Source of the DNA: Chloroflexota bacterium | Lineage (GTDB): Bacteria > Chloroflexota > UBA11872 > VXOZ01 | Assembly: GCA_965220015.1 (NCBI GenBank) | Contig: OZ244798.1 | Coordinates: 3,298,063-3,362,062 of the forward strand | Direction of reading: 5' to 3' | DNA length: 64,000 nucleotides | Part shown: one piece after another, positions 30,844 to 40,627 of the stretch | How positions within the stretch are numbered: the first letter of the stretch is position 1 | Layout of the letters: each line of letters opens with the position of its first letter | Position numbers and translations under genes: made by a program | Notes under the pieces: generated by a model | Told to the model about the DNA's origin: nothing | The model's database searches: none | What the model saw: only the letters and a program-made list of their open reading frames with translations

Positions 30844-33045
30844 ATGCCACCGGAATATGATGCAGCGACATTGCGGGAGTACTGCGGCACGGTCGCGCTA
30901 GCGCCGACCGCCGACGTGGCGGCTGGGTCGTGGGGCACGTGGACGTTCACCTTTACCGTCGGCACTTACGGCATGGACGACCGCTCCAACCTGCGCCTGG
31001 TGATGCGGGGCGTTTGCGACTGGGGCGCGCCGAACTTCGACGACCCCACCGCAGCCAACTACTGCAAGGTCTATACCGACGGTAACGCAAAATTGCAGGT
31101 GCACTTCGACCGCGAGAACCACGTGCGTCCCTGGCGACGCACGATCCACGTGCACGTGCACGACGGCACGCTCAATGCGGGCGAGCACATCTGGATCGTG
31201 CTCGGCGACCGCTCCGGGGGCAGCCCCGGCAGCCAGGCGCAGACGTTTGTGGAGAGCACCTTCGAGTTCAAGTTCTTTGCCGATAACTTCGGCACGCTGC
31301 AATTCCGCGAACTGCCGGACGCGCCGGTGGTGCGCATCGTGGCGGGACCGGCCGCCCTCCTGGTGGCGCAAGCCCCGAGCATGATCGCCGTGGATGAAGA
31401 GTTTGCCGTGCTGGTGCGCGCCGACGACGCCTGGGGGAACACGGCCACCGGCTTTCGGGGTGAGGTCGGCCTCTACTTGCCGCACCAAGCGGAACCGCTG
31501 GCGAGCCACATCTTTAGCGAGCACGATGGCGGGACTTATCGCTTTAACGGCCTAACTTTGAATGAAGCCGGCATCACGCGTCTCGAGGCGCGCAGCGCGG
31601 CTCCTGCTTTTTCCGTTCGCAGCAATCCCATTCACGTACAGGAAGATACGCCCGCCTTGCGCCTCTACTGGGGCGACATGCACGCCCAGACCGAAGAAAC
31701 CGTGGGCACAGGCAGCCCGGACGAGTACTTCACCTATGCCCGCGACCACGCGGGGGTCGACTTCCTGGGCATCCAGGGCAACGATTTTCAAATTACGGCC
31801 GAGTTCTGGTATGAGCTACAGGAGATCGTGAAGCGCTACAACGAGCCCGGCCGCTTTCTCACGCTGCTGGGCTACGAATGGTCGGGCAACCACCCGGCGG
31901 GCGGCGACCACAACGTGCATTTTCTTGGCGACGAAGGCCCGCTGCACCGCTCGTCCCACTGGCAGGTGCCGGGCGATCCCGGGCCGTGGGCAGACAAATG
32001 CCCGGTCTCGACTCTGGTAGATCTCTATCGCGGCCTTGACGACGTATTCATGATTCCCCACATCGGCGGGCGGCGCGCCAATCTCGACTACTTCGACTCA
32101 GAGGTAATGCCCCTCATCGAGATCGCCTCGGCTCACGGCTGGTTTGAGTGGGTCTGGCAAGAGGCGCTGGAACGCGGCTACATCACCGGTTTTGCGGCCG
32201 GCAGCGACGACCACACGGGACGCCCCGGCACCAGCCGTCCCACCAACGGCGGCATGTTCGGCGTGCGCGGCGGGTTGCTCGGCGCCTACGCGCCCGATCT
32301 CCAGCGCCGCTCGATTTGGGACGCCATTCGTGCGCGCCGCACGTTTGCCTCCACCGGCGCGCGCATGATCGTGCACCTGACCGCCGCCGGCCACCCCATG
32401 GGTGAGGTTTTTTGTTCCACCCAGCCACCAGTGTTAGACGTCAAAGTAGCAGGCGCCGCGCCGTTGGAGAAGGTGGAGGTATTGCGCGGGACTCAGGTGG
32501 TCTATTCACACCCCCTTGTGGAGCCCGGGAGCGGCCTGCCCACAAAGCTTCGCGTCGGTTGGCGCGGCTCGCGGGTGAAGGACCGCACCCGCCGCCTGCG
32601 CTGGGACGGCAGCCTGCGCGTGGACCATGGCCGCATCGTCTCAGCCAAGGGCTGGGCCTTCGACGATCCGACGGAGGGCATCGTTGAGCAGAATGAGGAG
32701 AGCGTGCGTTGGACCTCGCAGACCTCCGGCGACTGGGACGGCATAGCGCTGGAACTCGACGGCAACGCCGAGACGACGCTCACCTTCACCTCTGCGCCCG
32801 CCACGATCTCAATGAGCCTTGGCGAACTGGCCGACAAGGACGAAATTGTGCGCCCCGGCATCACCGGCGTGGGCAGCGAGGTCCGCATCAGCCGCGACGA
32901 CGAAGAGCGCGCTCCCTATGACACGGCCTTCACGTATCAAGACCCGGAGCCACTAAGCCAAGACGTTACGCCCTACTTCGTGCGCGTCACCCAATACGAC
33001 GGCGAAATGGCCTGGTGCAGCCCGGTTTTCATCAAGAGAGCGTGA
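30844..33045 (+). CDS. DUF3604-like protein with PHP-type metal-dependent phosphoesterase motifs
   Basis: GDMHAQTEE and HIGG motifs resemble the PHP fold. 733 aa. SD gaaaggagt upstream. Family recollection is moderate. Confidence 0.5.
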   Translation: MPPEYDAATLREYCGTVALAPTADVAAGSWGTWTFTFTVGTYGMDDRSNLRLVMRGVCDWGAPNFDDPTAANYCKVYTDGNAKLQVHFDRENHVRPWRRTIHVHVHDGTLNAGEHIWIVLGDRSGGSPGSQAQTFVESTFEFKFFADNFGTLQFRELPDAPVVRIVAGPAALLVAQAPSMIAVDEEFAVLVRADDAWGNTATGFRGEVGLYLPHQAEPLASHIFSEHDGGTYRFNGLTLNEAGITRLEARSAAPAFSVRSNPIHVQEDTPALRLYWGDMHAQTEETVGTGSPDEYFTYARDHAGVDFLGIQGNDFQITAEFWYELQEIVKRYNEPGRFLTLLGYEWSGNHPAGGDHNVHFLGDEGPLHRSSHWQVPGDPGPWADKCPVSTLVDLYRGLDDVFMIPHIGGRRANLDYFDSEVMPLIEIASAHGWFEWVWQEALERGYITGFAAGSDDHTGRPGTSRPTNGGMFGVRGGLLGAYAPDLQRRSIWDAIRARRTFASTGARMIVHLTAAGHPMGEVFCSTQPPVLDVKVAGAAPLEKVEVLRGTQVVYSHPLVEPGSGLPTKLRVGWRGSRVKDRTRRLRWDGSLRVDHGRIVSAKGWAFDDPTEGIVEQNEESVRWTSQTSGDWDGIALELDGNAETTLTFTSAPATISMSLGELADKDEIVRPGITGVGSEVRISRDDEERAPYDTAFTYQDPEPLSQDVTPYFVRVTQYDGEMAWCSPVFIKRA

Positions 33046-33173
33046 CGACACCCACATCGCAGGTTGGAGCCTGTGAAATACGCCGCTTGACGCCGCTCTA
33101 GGATTCTATAATGCCCCGTAAAGTAGCGCCAAAGCTAGGGTCTCCAATCGCGACTGCCAATGCTTGCGTCTTG

Positions 33174-33470
33174 TCCCCTCTCCCGGCGGAGACCTTTGCA
33201 TAACCCTTGCCGGGGCGAGAAAGTCCCCTCTCCCGGCGGAGACCTTTGCATGACCCTTGCCGGAGTGAGAAAGTCCCCTCTCCCTCGAGGAGACCCTTGC
33301 ACAACCCTTGCCGGAGCGAGAAAGTCCCCTCTCCCTCGAGGAGACCCTTGCATAACCCTTGCCGAGGCGAGAAAGTCCCCTCTCCCTCGAGGAGACCCTT
33401 GCATAACCCTTGCCGAGGCGAGAAAGTCCCCTCTCCCGGCGGGAGAGGGTTAGGGTGAGGGGGAATCCCC
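33174..33470. repeat. Minisatellite: five tandem 50-51-bp units (tcccctctcccggcggagacctttgcataacccttgccggggcgagaaag) plus terminal full palindromic unit (ccctctcccggcgggagagggttagggtgaggggg)
   Basis: Unit boundaries at 33174, 33224, 33274, 33325, 33376 and 33427. Related single copies at 12591-12690, 19379-19432 and 33545-33665. All six-frame ORFs over it are artefacts. Confidence 0.8.
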
Positions 33471-33906
33471 GCAATCTGGGCCGTTTTCACCGATTTTGCA
33501 CACTTTCGTATAGGTCTTAGAGGTAGATAAGGACAGTACAAGCAGTAATCCCCTCACCCCGGCCCACTCCCGGCGGGAGAGGGAGTATTTCTTGCGCCGC
33601 TGGCTGAAGTTACGCAAAGGTCTCCTCGAGGAAGAGGGCTAGGGTGAGGGGGAAGAGAGAGGGTAAGAAACGGCAGGGCTTGCTTGCAAAGGGTCGCGTT
33701 CCGATCGGTGGCGTTTCCCCTCAAGAGCGCAGGTTGCAAACCTGCGCTACCGGAAAAGCGTGTTGCGCCAATTGCTTGTAGTCCCAACCGCAAGCATTGG
33801 TGCGGCGACTATTGGGCGCACACACCGTTTAGCCTACTGGGAGCGAGATATATTAAGCTAATTTATGTATGGATTTCTCACACGATAAGCGTCCTTAAGA
33901 AGCCCC

Positions 33907-34686
33907 ATGCCATATCCGAACTTCCCCAAGAAACACCGCGCAGAGGCACTCATTTCACCGAAAGCTGCCGTTGCGCATTTGGTGACAGAGGAGCCGCCCT
34001 TTCCATTTCCAGATGCCGTGATATTCTGTTATCAATCTTCCCTGCTGGCGCACATCCTGGAGCAGCATGAGTCCACATGCCCCGACCGGGGAAGCTATCG
34101 TCATCTGCACTGGCTGCAAGAAACGGGAAACCGCGTTGCTGTTGCAGGTGGCTTCGGCGTCGGAGCGCCTGCCGTAGTTCTGGTGCTGGAGGCGTTGATC
34201 GTGCAGGGCGTGCGGCGTTTTCTCTCCATCGGGACTGCAGGCAGTCTTCAAAGGCGCCTTGGAATCGGCGACATTGTCGTTTGCAACCGGGCGATCCGGG
34301 ATGAAGGCGCCTCTCACCACTACCTACCGCCGGATACGTACGCCCACGCTTCACCGGCTTTGACCGACCGGCTGGTTAACGCGCTGCAAGCTACGGACAT
34401 CCCGTATAGCGTCGGCACGAGTTGGACCATTGACGCGCCCTACCGCGAAACGAGAGCGGAAGTGCAGCACTATCAGGCCGAGGGCGTGCTCACCGTCGAG
34501 ATGGAAGCCGCGGCCCTCTTTGCCGTCGCGGCCTACCGGGGCGTGGAGATGGGATCACTGTTGACGATCAGCGACTCGCTCGCAGGCCTGAAGTGGGACC
34601 CGCACTTTCACTCCGACACCACGCGCGCGGGCCTGGAGACGCTCTACCGCGTGGCGCTCCAGGCGCTGCAACCGGACACTGCATAG
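33907..34686 (+). CDS. nucleoside phosphorylase (PNP/UDP/MTAP family 1)
   Basis: Phosphorylase-family-1 fold motifs (GFGVGAPAVVLVLEAL, SIGTAGSL, EMEAAALFAVA). 259 aa. Confidence 0.65.
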   Translation: MPYPNFPKKHRAEALISPKAAVAHLVTEEPPFPFPDAVIFCYQSSLLAHILEQHESTCPDRGSYRHLHWLQETGNRVAVAGGFGVGAPAVVLVLEALIVQGVRRFLSIGTAGSLQRRLGIGDIVVCNRAIRDEGASHHYLPPDTYAHASPALTDRLVNALQATDIPYSVGTSWTIDAPYRETRAEVQHYQAEGVLTVEMEAAALFAVAAYRGVEMGSLLTISDSLAGLKWDPHFHSDTTRAGLETLYRVALQALQPDTA

Positions 34687-35029
34687 AGAGGATATCCCAG
34701 CGGGCATTTGTGCATGAATCTCGTCACTCCGGCGAAAGCCGGAGTCCAGGGCACGCGGAGAAGATGGATTCCCGTTCTCACGGGAATGACGGAGCCGGGA
34801 GTTCTCTAACTATTGTTGGTAAGCAATGGCGGGAACCGAGAGATCTCCAATGCTCATTGGTCTGACTTGTAGACAATTTCCTTAGATTGATCGGTGGGCA
34901 CGTTCAACTTTCAATAGGAAAATTGAGAATGCAGAGAGGAGGGGGCGCGTTACATGACTTTCCAGTGCAGGTGCTTTATTGGGAATCGAGTCTTACGTGT
35001 ATTGGCAACGCTACAGGTGAAAGACACCC

Positions 35030-35431
35030 ATGACTCGTGAAGACATCTACCAGTCCGTGCAATCCCTCAATGAGAAAAAAGACCTCTTTGCGGCTAGCGA
35101 ATTTTTGCTTGGCATTGGCGATACACAGACACTCGTTATAGCGTTCAGCGATCTCATTCTCGACTGCTACCACACGGCCAAATCAATTGAACAGGTGCTG
35201 CACTTCGGCGGCGCGGGAATTCATCACTGCTTGGCTAACGCGCTTGCATGTGACGGTGTGGACGGCGCGGCTGCAAAGGAGCTTCGTTTCGCGGCCAAGC
35301 GCATGGCAACGAACGTTGCTTCCTTCACGTGGCCCGGCTGGGACGAGCCGGGGATCACCATTTCACCCGAGCAGATGCGGCAGGGCCTCATGTTTGCCCG
35401 TTACAGCGTGCGCCAACTTCATGAAATTTGA
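35030..35431 (+). CDS. hypothetical protein (AT-rich islet), possibly 5' part of a frameshifted gene
   Basis: 133-aa ORF in an AT-rich pocket. Its stop overlaps by 11 nt the ATG of the next ORF, which is in another frame. Confidence 0.3.
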   Translation: MTREDIYQSVQSLNEKKDLFAASEFLLGIGDTQTLVIAFSDLILDCYHTAKSIEQVLHFGGAGIHHCLANALACDGVDGAAAKELRFAAKRMATNVASFTWPGWDEPGITISPEQMRQGLMFARYSVRQLHEI

Positions 35432-35753
35432 ACCCACACCCGCGCAAATGGCGTTCACCCACTGGTTTCTGGGCGCCCAACTCATGGCGCACAGGCAATA
35501 TGCGGACGCCCTTGAAGTGTTTAATACGGCTCATGCCTACAATCAAGATGCCGGAGATGAACCGGAAGGCCGCTTGATGCTGGAAGGGTACATTGGGCTG
35601 ACTACATTGCTTGCCGGTCGGATTGGCTCCGGTGAAGCCAAGTATTGCGCTGCGGTCGCCGCTCTGCGGGCACGTGAAAGCGATGACTCGGAGTTCTATG
35701 CCGAGCAACTCATCACTGCGCGCGCAGTGTTTATGGAGAAACGCGACCTCTGA
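35421..35753 (+). CDS. hypothetical protein, possibly 3' part of the same disrupted gene
   Basis: ATG at 35421 (MKFEPTPAQ...). Helical, possibly TPR-like composition. The upstream in-frame extension from 35187 is Arg-rich artefact. Confidence 0.3.
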   Translation: MKFEPTPAQMAFTHWFLGAQLMAHRQYADALEVFNTAHAYNQDAGDEPEGRLMLEGYIGLTTLLAGRIGSGEAKYCAAVAALRARESDDSEFYAEQLITARAVFMEKRDL

Positions 35754-35925
35754 ACCACCGCGCATACCTCGTTTACGATACAGGCTCCCGGATTTTGGCG
35801 ACCGTTATTCTTGAAATAGCAAGCATAAACGGGGTACACTGCCGACTAGTCCGCGAGGTTCGCCGTCATTGCAATGCCACCTGCGGAGCGGCACCAAACT
35901 CTTGAGCGCACAGAAAAGCCTGAAC

Positions 35926-37263
35926 ATGATCAGAACGCAGAGCAAAGTCCAGCAGTCACTCGATCTTTATGCCAAGGCCGACCGGCTTATCCCCGGCAGG
36001 ACGCAGCTCATCAGCCGCCGGGCGAGCAGTTTTGCCCACCCCATCAGCCCGATTTACGCCGCACACGCCAAGGGTTCGCGGTTCACGGACGTTGACGGCA
36101 ATGAGTATATCGATTGGGTGAACGCGGTGACGGCCATCATCCTCGGTCACGCCGACGACGTGGTGGACACCGCCGTAAAGGCGCAGATCGACAAGGGTAG
36201 CCTGTACAGTTTGAACAGTCCATTGGAGATCGAGCTTGCCGAGATCTTGGTGGACACCATCCCCAGTGCGGAAATGGTGCGCTACACTAAAGGCGGCGGC
36301 GAGGCGTGCGCCGTGGCCGTCCGCATCGCGCGCGGCACGACCGGAAAGGATAAAATCCTCTTTTCCGGCTATCACGGCTGGCACGACTGGTACCAGTCCG
36401 CCAACTTCCTCGCCGACCCGGAAACCGATGAATTTCCCTTCGCTGGCATTGAGCCCATTGGCGTGCCCCGGGCGCTGGCGGGTACGGCATTGCCCTTCAC
36501 CTACGGCGATCTTGATAGCCTGGAAGAGTTATTTGCGGAAAACAAAGGCGAGGTTGCGGCAGTGATGATGGAGGCGATGCGCTCCGAGCCGCCTGAGCCG
36601 GGCTACCTGGAAGCGGTGAAGAAGCTCTGCCACGCCAATGACGCGCTTTTCATTCTCGATGAGGTGTCGTCGGGCTGGCGGCTGTCGCTGGGGAGCGCCC
36701 AGGAGTGGCTCGGCGTGACCCCCGACATGTCCACTTTTGCCAAGTCCATGTCCAACGGCTACGCCATGGGCTGCGTGGTGGGTTCCCGCGCGGCGATGGA
36801 ACCCGCCGGACGCATGTTCGTGTCGAGTTCATATTGGAGCGAGGCCGTCGGCCTGGCGGCGTCCGTGGCAACCATCACTGAACTCAAACGCCGCAACGGC
36901 CCGGCGCGCTTCAAAGAAATCGGCGAGAAGATTAGGGCGGCGCTGCAGGCTGCCATAGCTTCGGTCGGCATCGCGGCCTCAGTTACCGGCGTCCACACCA
37001 TGCCGACGCTGGCGTTCGACCTGCCGGACCCTGCTTTGAAGAAACCCATCGAAACGCTCTTCATTCAGGAGATGGTGAAGCGCGGCGTATTTTGCCCAAT
37101 GGCGTTCACGGCCACACTGGCGCACAGCGACGAAGACATTGCCATCACCGCTGCCGCAGCCGAGAAATCTTTGCAGGTGGTCAAACGGGCCCTCGCCGGA
37201 GAGCTCGACACGCTGTTGGAAGCCGAGACGAAACGCGAACCCTTTCGGCGTCTGGTGCGGTAG
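35926..37263 (+). CDS. class-III aminotransferase (glutamate-1-semialdehyde aminomutase-like)
   Basis: PLP-fold motifs (ILDEVSSGWR, FAKSMSNGYAMG with the PLP lysine). ATG at 35926. Confidence 0.8.
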   Translation: MIRTQSKVQQSLDLYAKADRLIPGRTQLISRRASSFAHPISPIYAAHAKGSRFTDVDGNEYIDWVNAVTAIILGHADDVVDTAVKAQIDKGSLYSLNSPLEIELAEILVDTIPSAEMVRYTKGGGEACAVAVRIARGTTGKDKILFSGYHGWHDWYQSANFLADPETDEFPFAGIEPIGVPRALAGTALPFTYGDLDSLEELFAENKGEVAAVMMEAMRSEPPEPGYLEAVKKLCHANDALFILDEVSSGWRLSLGSAQEWLGVTPDMSTFAKSMSNGYAMGCVVGSRAAMEPAGRMFVSSSYWSEAVGLAASVATITELKRRNGPARFKEIGEKIRAALQAAIASVGIAASVTGVHTMPTLAFDLPDPALKKPIETLFIQEMVKRGVFCPMAFTATLAHSDEDIAITAAAAEKSLQVVKRALAGELDTLLEAETKREPFRRLVR

Positions 37264-37332
37264 CGTCCAATACTAAGTAATTGGTAAGTGGAGATCCTTG
37301 CATTGAGAAATCGCTAGGGATGCTGCAACATC

Positions 37333-37902
37333 CTACTTCGCTAAAGGTGAATTCTTAGATAGGCGAGCAATCGCATCTGGGTCAGGTAGATGGCTGAAAA
37401 GAGAGTCACCGAATGACAGGAGCTCCTCGTTCGACTCGCACTCAAACACCTCGTTGAGGATTAGACGGCAGTGATTGACCGTGAGTGCATCAATGATCGT
37501 CGATTCCCACGACCTTTTGCAGGGCCACGACTTTAGCACCGTAGCAGTTGGGGCGGCAGTTCGATGCTGAGATAATCGGTTGGCAAGATTCTCGGCGAAT
37601 CCAAATTTCAAGCGCTTCGGATCAAGTTCGGGCACAAGTTGAATAACATAGAATTCGCCATTGTCAGAAGTGGCCGCAGCGGCCGCAACACCATATCCTT
37701 CGCTCTCTCTTTGCCGACGGATAGTTTTCGCCTGTGAAGGTGAAACTGCTAAAGTGAGTTGATTCTTCGAGTCTGGAGTTCGGTGTTTAATTGGTTCAAT
37801 GGATGTTCTGTTCAAGACATATTTTCGCAGGTGCGAACGGTCCATACCAAGCTCAAGTGCTAGGCTCTTGAGAGATATGTATTCTTCGAACTCTGAAGCC
37901 AT
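37333..37902 (-). CDS. HTH plus GIY-YIG (T5orf172/MUG113-like) domain protein
   Basis: N-terminal HTH (ISLKSLALELGMDRSHLRKYV). C-terminal EFYVIQL...KFGFAENLANRLSQHRTAAP resembles the T5orf172 GIY-YIG domain. Strongly AT-rich flanks. Confidence 0.5.
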   Translation of the reverse strand: MASEFEEYISLKSLALELGMDRSHLRKYVLNRTSIEPIKHRTPDSKNQLTLAVSPSQAKTIRRQRESEGYGVAAAAATSDNGEFYVIQLVPELDPKRLKFGFAENLANRLSQHRTAAPTATVLKSWPCKRSWESTIIDALTVNHCRLILNEVFECESNEELLSFGDSLFSHLPDPDAIARLSKNSPLAK

Positions 37903-38090
37903 GAGATGCCCTTCACTTCCAATGCGCTTTTCTTAACTATAGCACATCCTAGGCATGGTGTGGTAGGGCATGGCATGACATTAGTGCCTAGCTTACCTAG
38001 CGTTATTGTCTCTGTTTTCGATCGTCAGTATTAGCATTTAAGAACGACTAATTAAGACCTGACAAGGTGACTAGCTTCCTTCTCAATTCA

Positions 38091-39299
38091 TTAGAGCCAC
38101 TGCGCCGCCGGCCACCAGACTCCCTTGCGACCAATCGGCACCTCAAGCAGTTCCCGGCTGCCGGCGATGGGATCGTGTCCGTAGGTCTCAACAAACAAGC
38201 GCTCGATGCGCTCGGAGAGCTCCGTCGGCCCCATCAGTGGCACGTCAACCCAGGTATTCCCCAGCCGCTGGCTTTCGGCCATGACGAACGACAGTTCCAA
38301 GTCGGCGCGGGCGCCTTCCGGCCCGTACTGCACCGGCGTGCCATTCAAGATCGCCCGGTGCGTGTTCGTGAGGATTTCCGCTTTGGCCACGTCGTCCAGA
38401 TTGCCGACGCGGTACGCCTTATAAGGATTCTCCCAGCGCAGGTCGGGGGCGCCGTCTAAGTACACGTAGTCTAAGACCTGTTCACCACCATCGGTGAGGT
38501 ACTGTTCCCGTATCGTCTGCGGTTGATCGGGTTCACCGGCCAGCAGCACCACATCACGCCCGGCAATGTGGCCGCTGGAGCCGTCGATTTCCCAATGATT
38601 GGGCTTGGAGTGCTTGGAGAATGGCCGCGGCGCGCGCTCGTAGAGGCACATCGTGCCCCGCATGTACTCGACCCACATGGCCTCCCACACCACCGTCGTT
38701 GATTGCTCGCCGCCGTAGGTTAGGTACTGGTCGGTCTCCGATTCCGTTACGTACGCCAGCACGCGCCGCACCGAATCCCGCAGGATCATGCGCACCGCAT
38801 TGAACCCGTGGTAGCTGCCGCTCGCATACCAGAGACGGGACATGGAGACCTTGCCAATGTAACCGGATTCTACGATCTTGGCTTTGAGTTGTTCCTGCGG
38901 CCACAGCCAGACCTGTTCTGCGATTTCCCACACCACGCCGTGCTCTTGGCAAACGTCGCGAATGGCGTCGCCGACTTCCAGCGTGATGCCGTAGGGAATC
39001 TCGGTAATGATGTTGATGCCGCGCTTGGCCGCCTCCACGGCCACTGCCGACTGGCCGTCGGTGGGTACCAGGATGAGCGCCAGATCGGGTTTGGCCTCAT
39101 CCAACGTGGCGGCCACGTCAGTGAAGGACTGCGCCACGCCGTGTTTAGCGGTAATTTCTGCCGCGACCGCCGGGTTGATGTCGCAAATTGCGCAGAGGTC
39201 GAAGTGGTCGGTGAGTTTCGCGACGGTCTCGATCCACCCCCGCGCCCGCGCGCCGGGCCCCGACCCCGCGCCAATTACGGCGATTCGTAGCTTCTTCAT
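38091..39299 (-). CDS. Gfo/Idh/MocA family oxidoreductase
   Basis: MKKLRIAVIGAGSGPGARARG Rossmann N-terminus, typical C-terminal domain. 402 aa. Confidence 0.8.
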   Translation of the reverse strand: MKKLRIAVIGAGSGPGARARGWIETVAKLTDHFDLCAICDINPAVAAEITAKHGVAQSFTDVAATLDEAKPDLALILVPTDGQSAVAVEAAKRGINIITEIPYGITLEVGDAIRDVCQEHGVVWEIAEQVWLWPQEQLKAKIVESGYIGKVSMSRLWYASGSYHGFNAVRMILRDSVRRVLAYVTESETDQYLTYGGEQSTTVVWEAMWVEYMRGTMCLYERAPRPFSKHSKPNHWEIDGSSGHIAGRDVVLLAGEPDQPQTIREQYLTDGGEQVLDYVYLDGAPDLRWENPYKAYRVGNLDDVAKAEILTNTHRAILNGTPVQYGPEGARADLELSFVMAESQRLGNTWVDVPLMGPTELSERIERLFVETYGHDPIAGSRELLEVPIGRKGVWWPAAQWL

Positions 39300-39459
39300 C
39301 TCAAGTAGTCCTTCCCCTCGCCGCTAAGCGAGCGGTGCGACACGTTTGTATTGCTGGGTAGCAGCCCGGTAGCGTAGGTTTGCAACCTGCGCCTCCTGCG
39401 TTGTCGCCAATAACGCCAGGAGCAATTGCCTATCATTACAATGTTGCTAAACTACTGGT

Positions 39460-40374
39460 CTATGCCGTCTCCGCGAGAAACTGCCGGTAGAGCGCCAGCG
39501 GCTGTGACATCTCGTCGTCCAGGGCCGTTATCGCCAGCCGCACGTGCGCCGTACGCTCCGTGCCCGGCACGAAGTCGCTGCCAAAGAGAGAAAGGTAAAG
39601 CGGGTTCTGCACCTTCCAGGCGTCTTCCGTATCGTCCGTATTGTAGCCGCTGGTGACGGCAAAGCAGTCCTGGGGCCGCGACATCACCACCGCGGCCACT
39701 CGCTTATCCATATCGGCCTGAAACGCCACGGGCACGGCGTACTCACGCTGGGGTCGAAACTGCGCCGTGGGATGTCCCATCTCCTTGCGCTCCCAGCGGC
39801 CGTCCACGCAGCGCCGCGCCGCATGCGCATCCCGCGTGTACACCAGCCCCATGCCCTTGAAGATCGGGTTCTCCTGGGGCGCGACGAGTTCCTCGGTCCC
39901 CGGCTCACGGGTGTAACGGTCAGTCGCCAGATAGACGTGCGCCAGCAGCGGCGGATCGAAGTAGTTGGAAAGGAAGATTTCGTAACTCTCGTACGTGGCC
40001 TCGGCGCACACCGTGATCGTCAGGTCGATGAGATTGGGCTCTTTGACCTGATAGACAGCCTCGATGCTGGCAGAGTGCTCGTCCGCCGGTCCCCAATTTA
40101 CGGTGAGCGTGTCGCCGTCCACGCTTACGGTGCGCTCGAACAGACGCGGTTCGCCCAGGCCCGTATGCGTCGCAAACAGCCGAAAGAGATTGAGCGCCGA
40201 ATACTTGGGATGAATGATCGAGACCCCGCTCGGCTTGTGCACAAGCCGGCTTATCCCATGCCGAATATCCACCTGCGGGTCCGGCGACTGCGCCCGCAGA
40301 GAACCTTTCAATTCAGAAGTCTCAAAGTCGTAAACGCTGTTTTCGGCATCGAACGTTAAGGATGCCATGTTCAT
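39460..40374 (-). CDS. hypothetical protein
   Basis: 304-aa ORF with coding-like composition, adjacent to the oxidoreductase. No motif recognised. Confidence 0.4.
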   Translation of the reverse strand: MNMASLTFDAENSVYDFETSELKGSLRAQSPDPQVDIRHGISRLVHKPSGVSIIHPKYSALNLFRLFATHTGLGEPRLFERTVSVDGDTLTVNWGPADEHSASIEAVYQVKEPNLIDLTITVCAEATYESYEIFLSNYFDPPLLAHVYLATDRYTREPGTEELVAPQENPIFKGMGLVYTRDAHAARRCVDGRWERKEMGHPTAQFRPQREYAVPVAFQADMDKRVAAVVMSRPQDCFAVTSGYNTDDTEDAWKVQNPLYLSLFGSDFVPGTERTAHVRLAITALDDEMSQPLALYRQFLAETA

Positions 40375-40627
40375 CTATCCTCTTTCACTAATTTGCTTGG
40401 AGCTTTCATCGGTCAGATTGCGCCACTCAAAATCACAATTTGCTGCAAGACTCCCGGCAAGTCCTTCGCGTAACTCGCTACATTGTTGCACAAACGTACT
40501 TGCTTGGAGCGGCGCTGTTCTGTGCAGTATAGCCGAACGCCGAGGTAGCGTGTCGCCGTGCCCTCAATCCGCACCTGAGTTACCATTCCCTTGGCTTCAT
40601 CCTGTCCGCACAACTATAATTGCCCAC

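Noticed and set aside
33174-33470. Possible CRISPR array
   Set aside because: Units are contiguous head-to-tail with no unique spacers between them. The unit belongs to a dispersed repeat family with single copies elsewhere. No cas genes nearby.
33098-33541. Multiple supplied ORFs (147, 122, 89, 97, 83 aa) on both strands
   Set aside because: All lie entirely within the 50-51-bp tandem repeat array. The repetitive peptides (LPPGEGTFSPRQG...) are translation artefacts of the minisatellite.
35187-35420. N-terminal extension of ORF 35187..35753
   Set aside because: Arg/Cys-rich, out-of-frame overlap with ORF 35030..35431. The real start is more likely the ATG at 35421.
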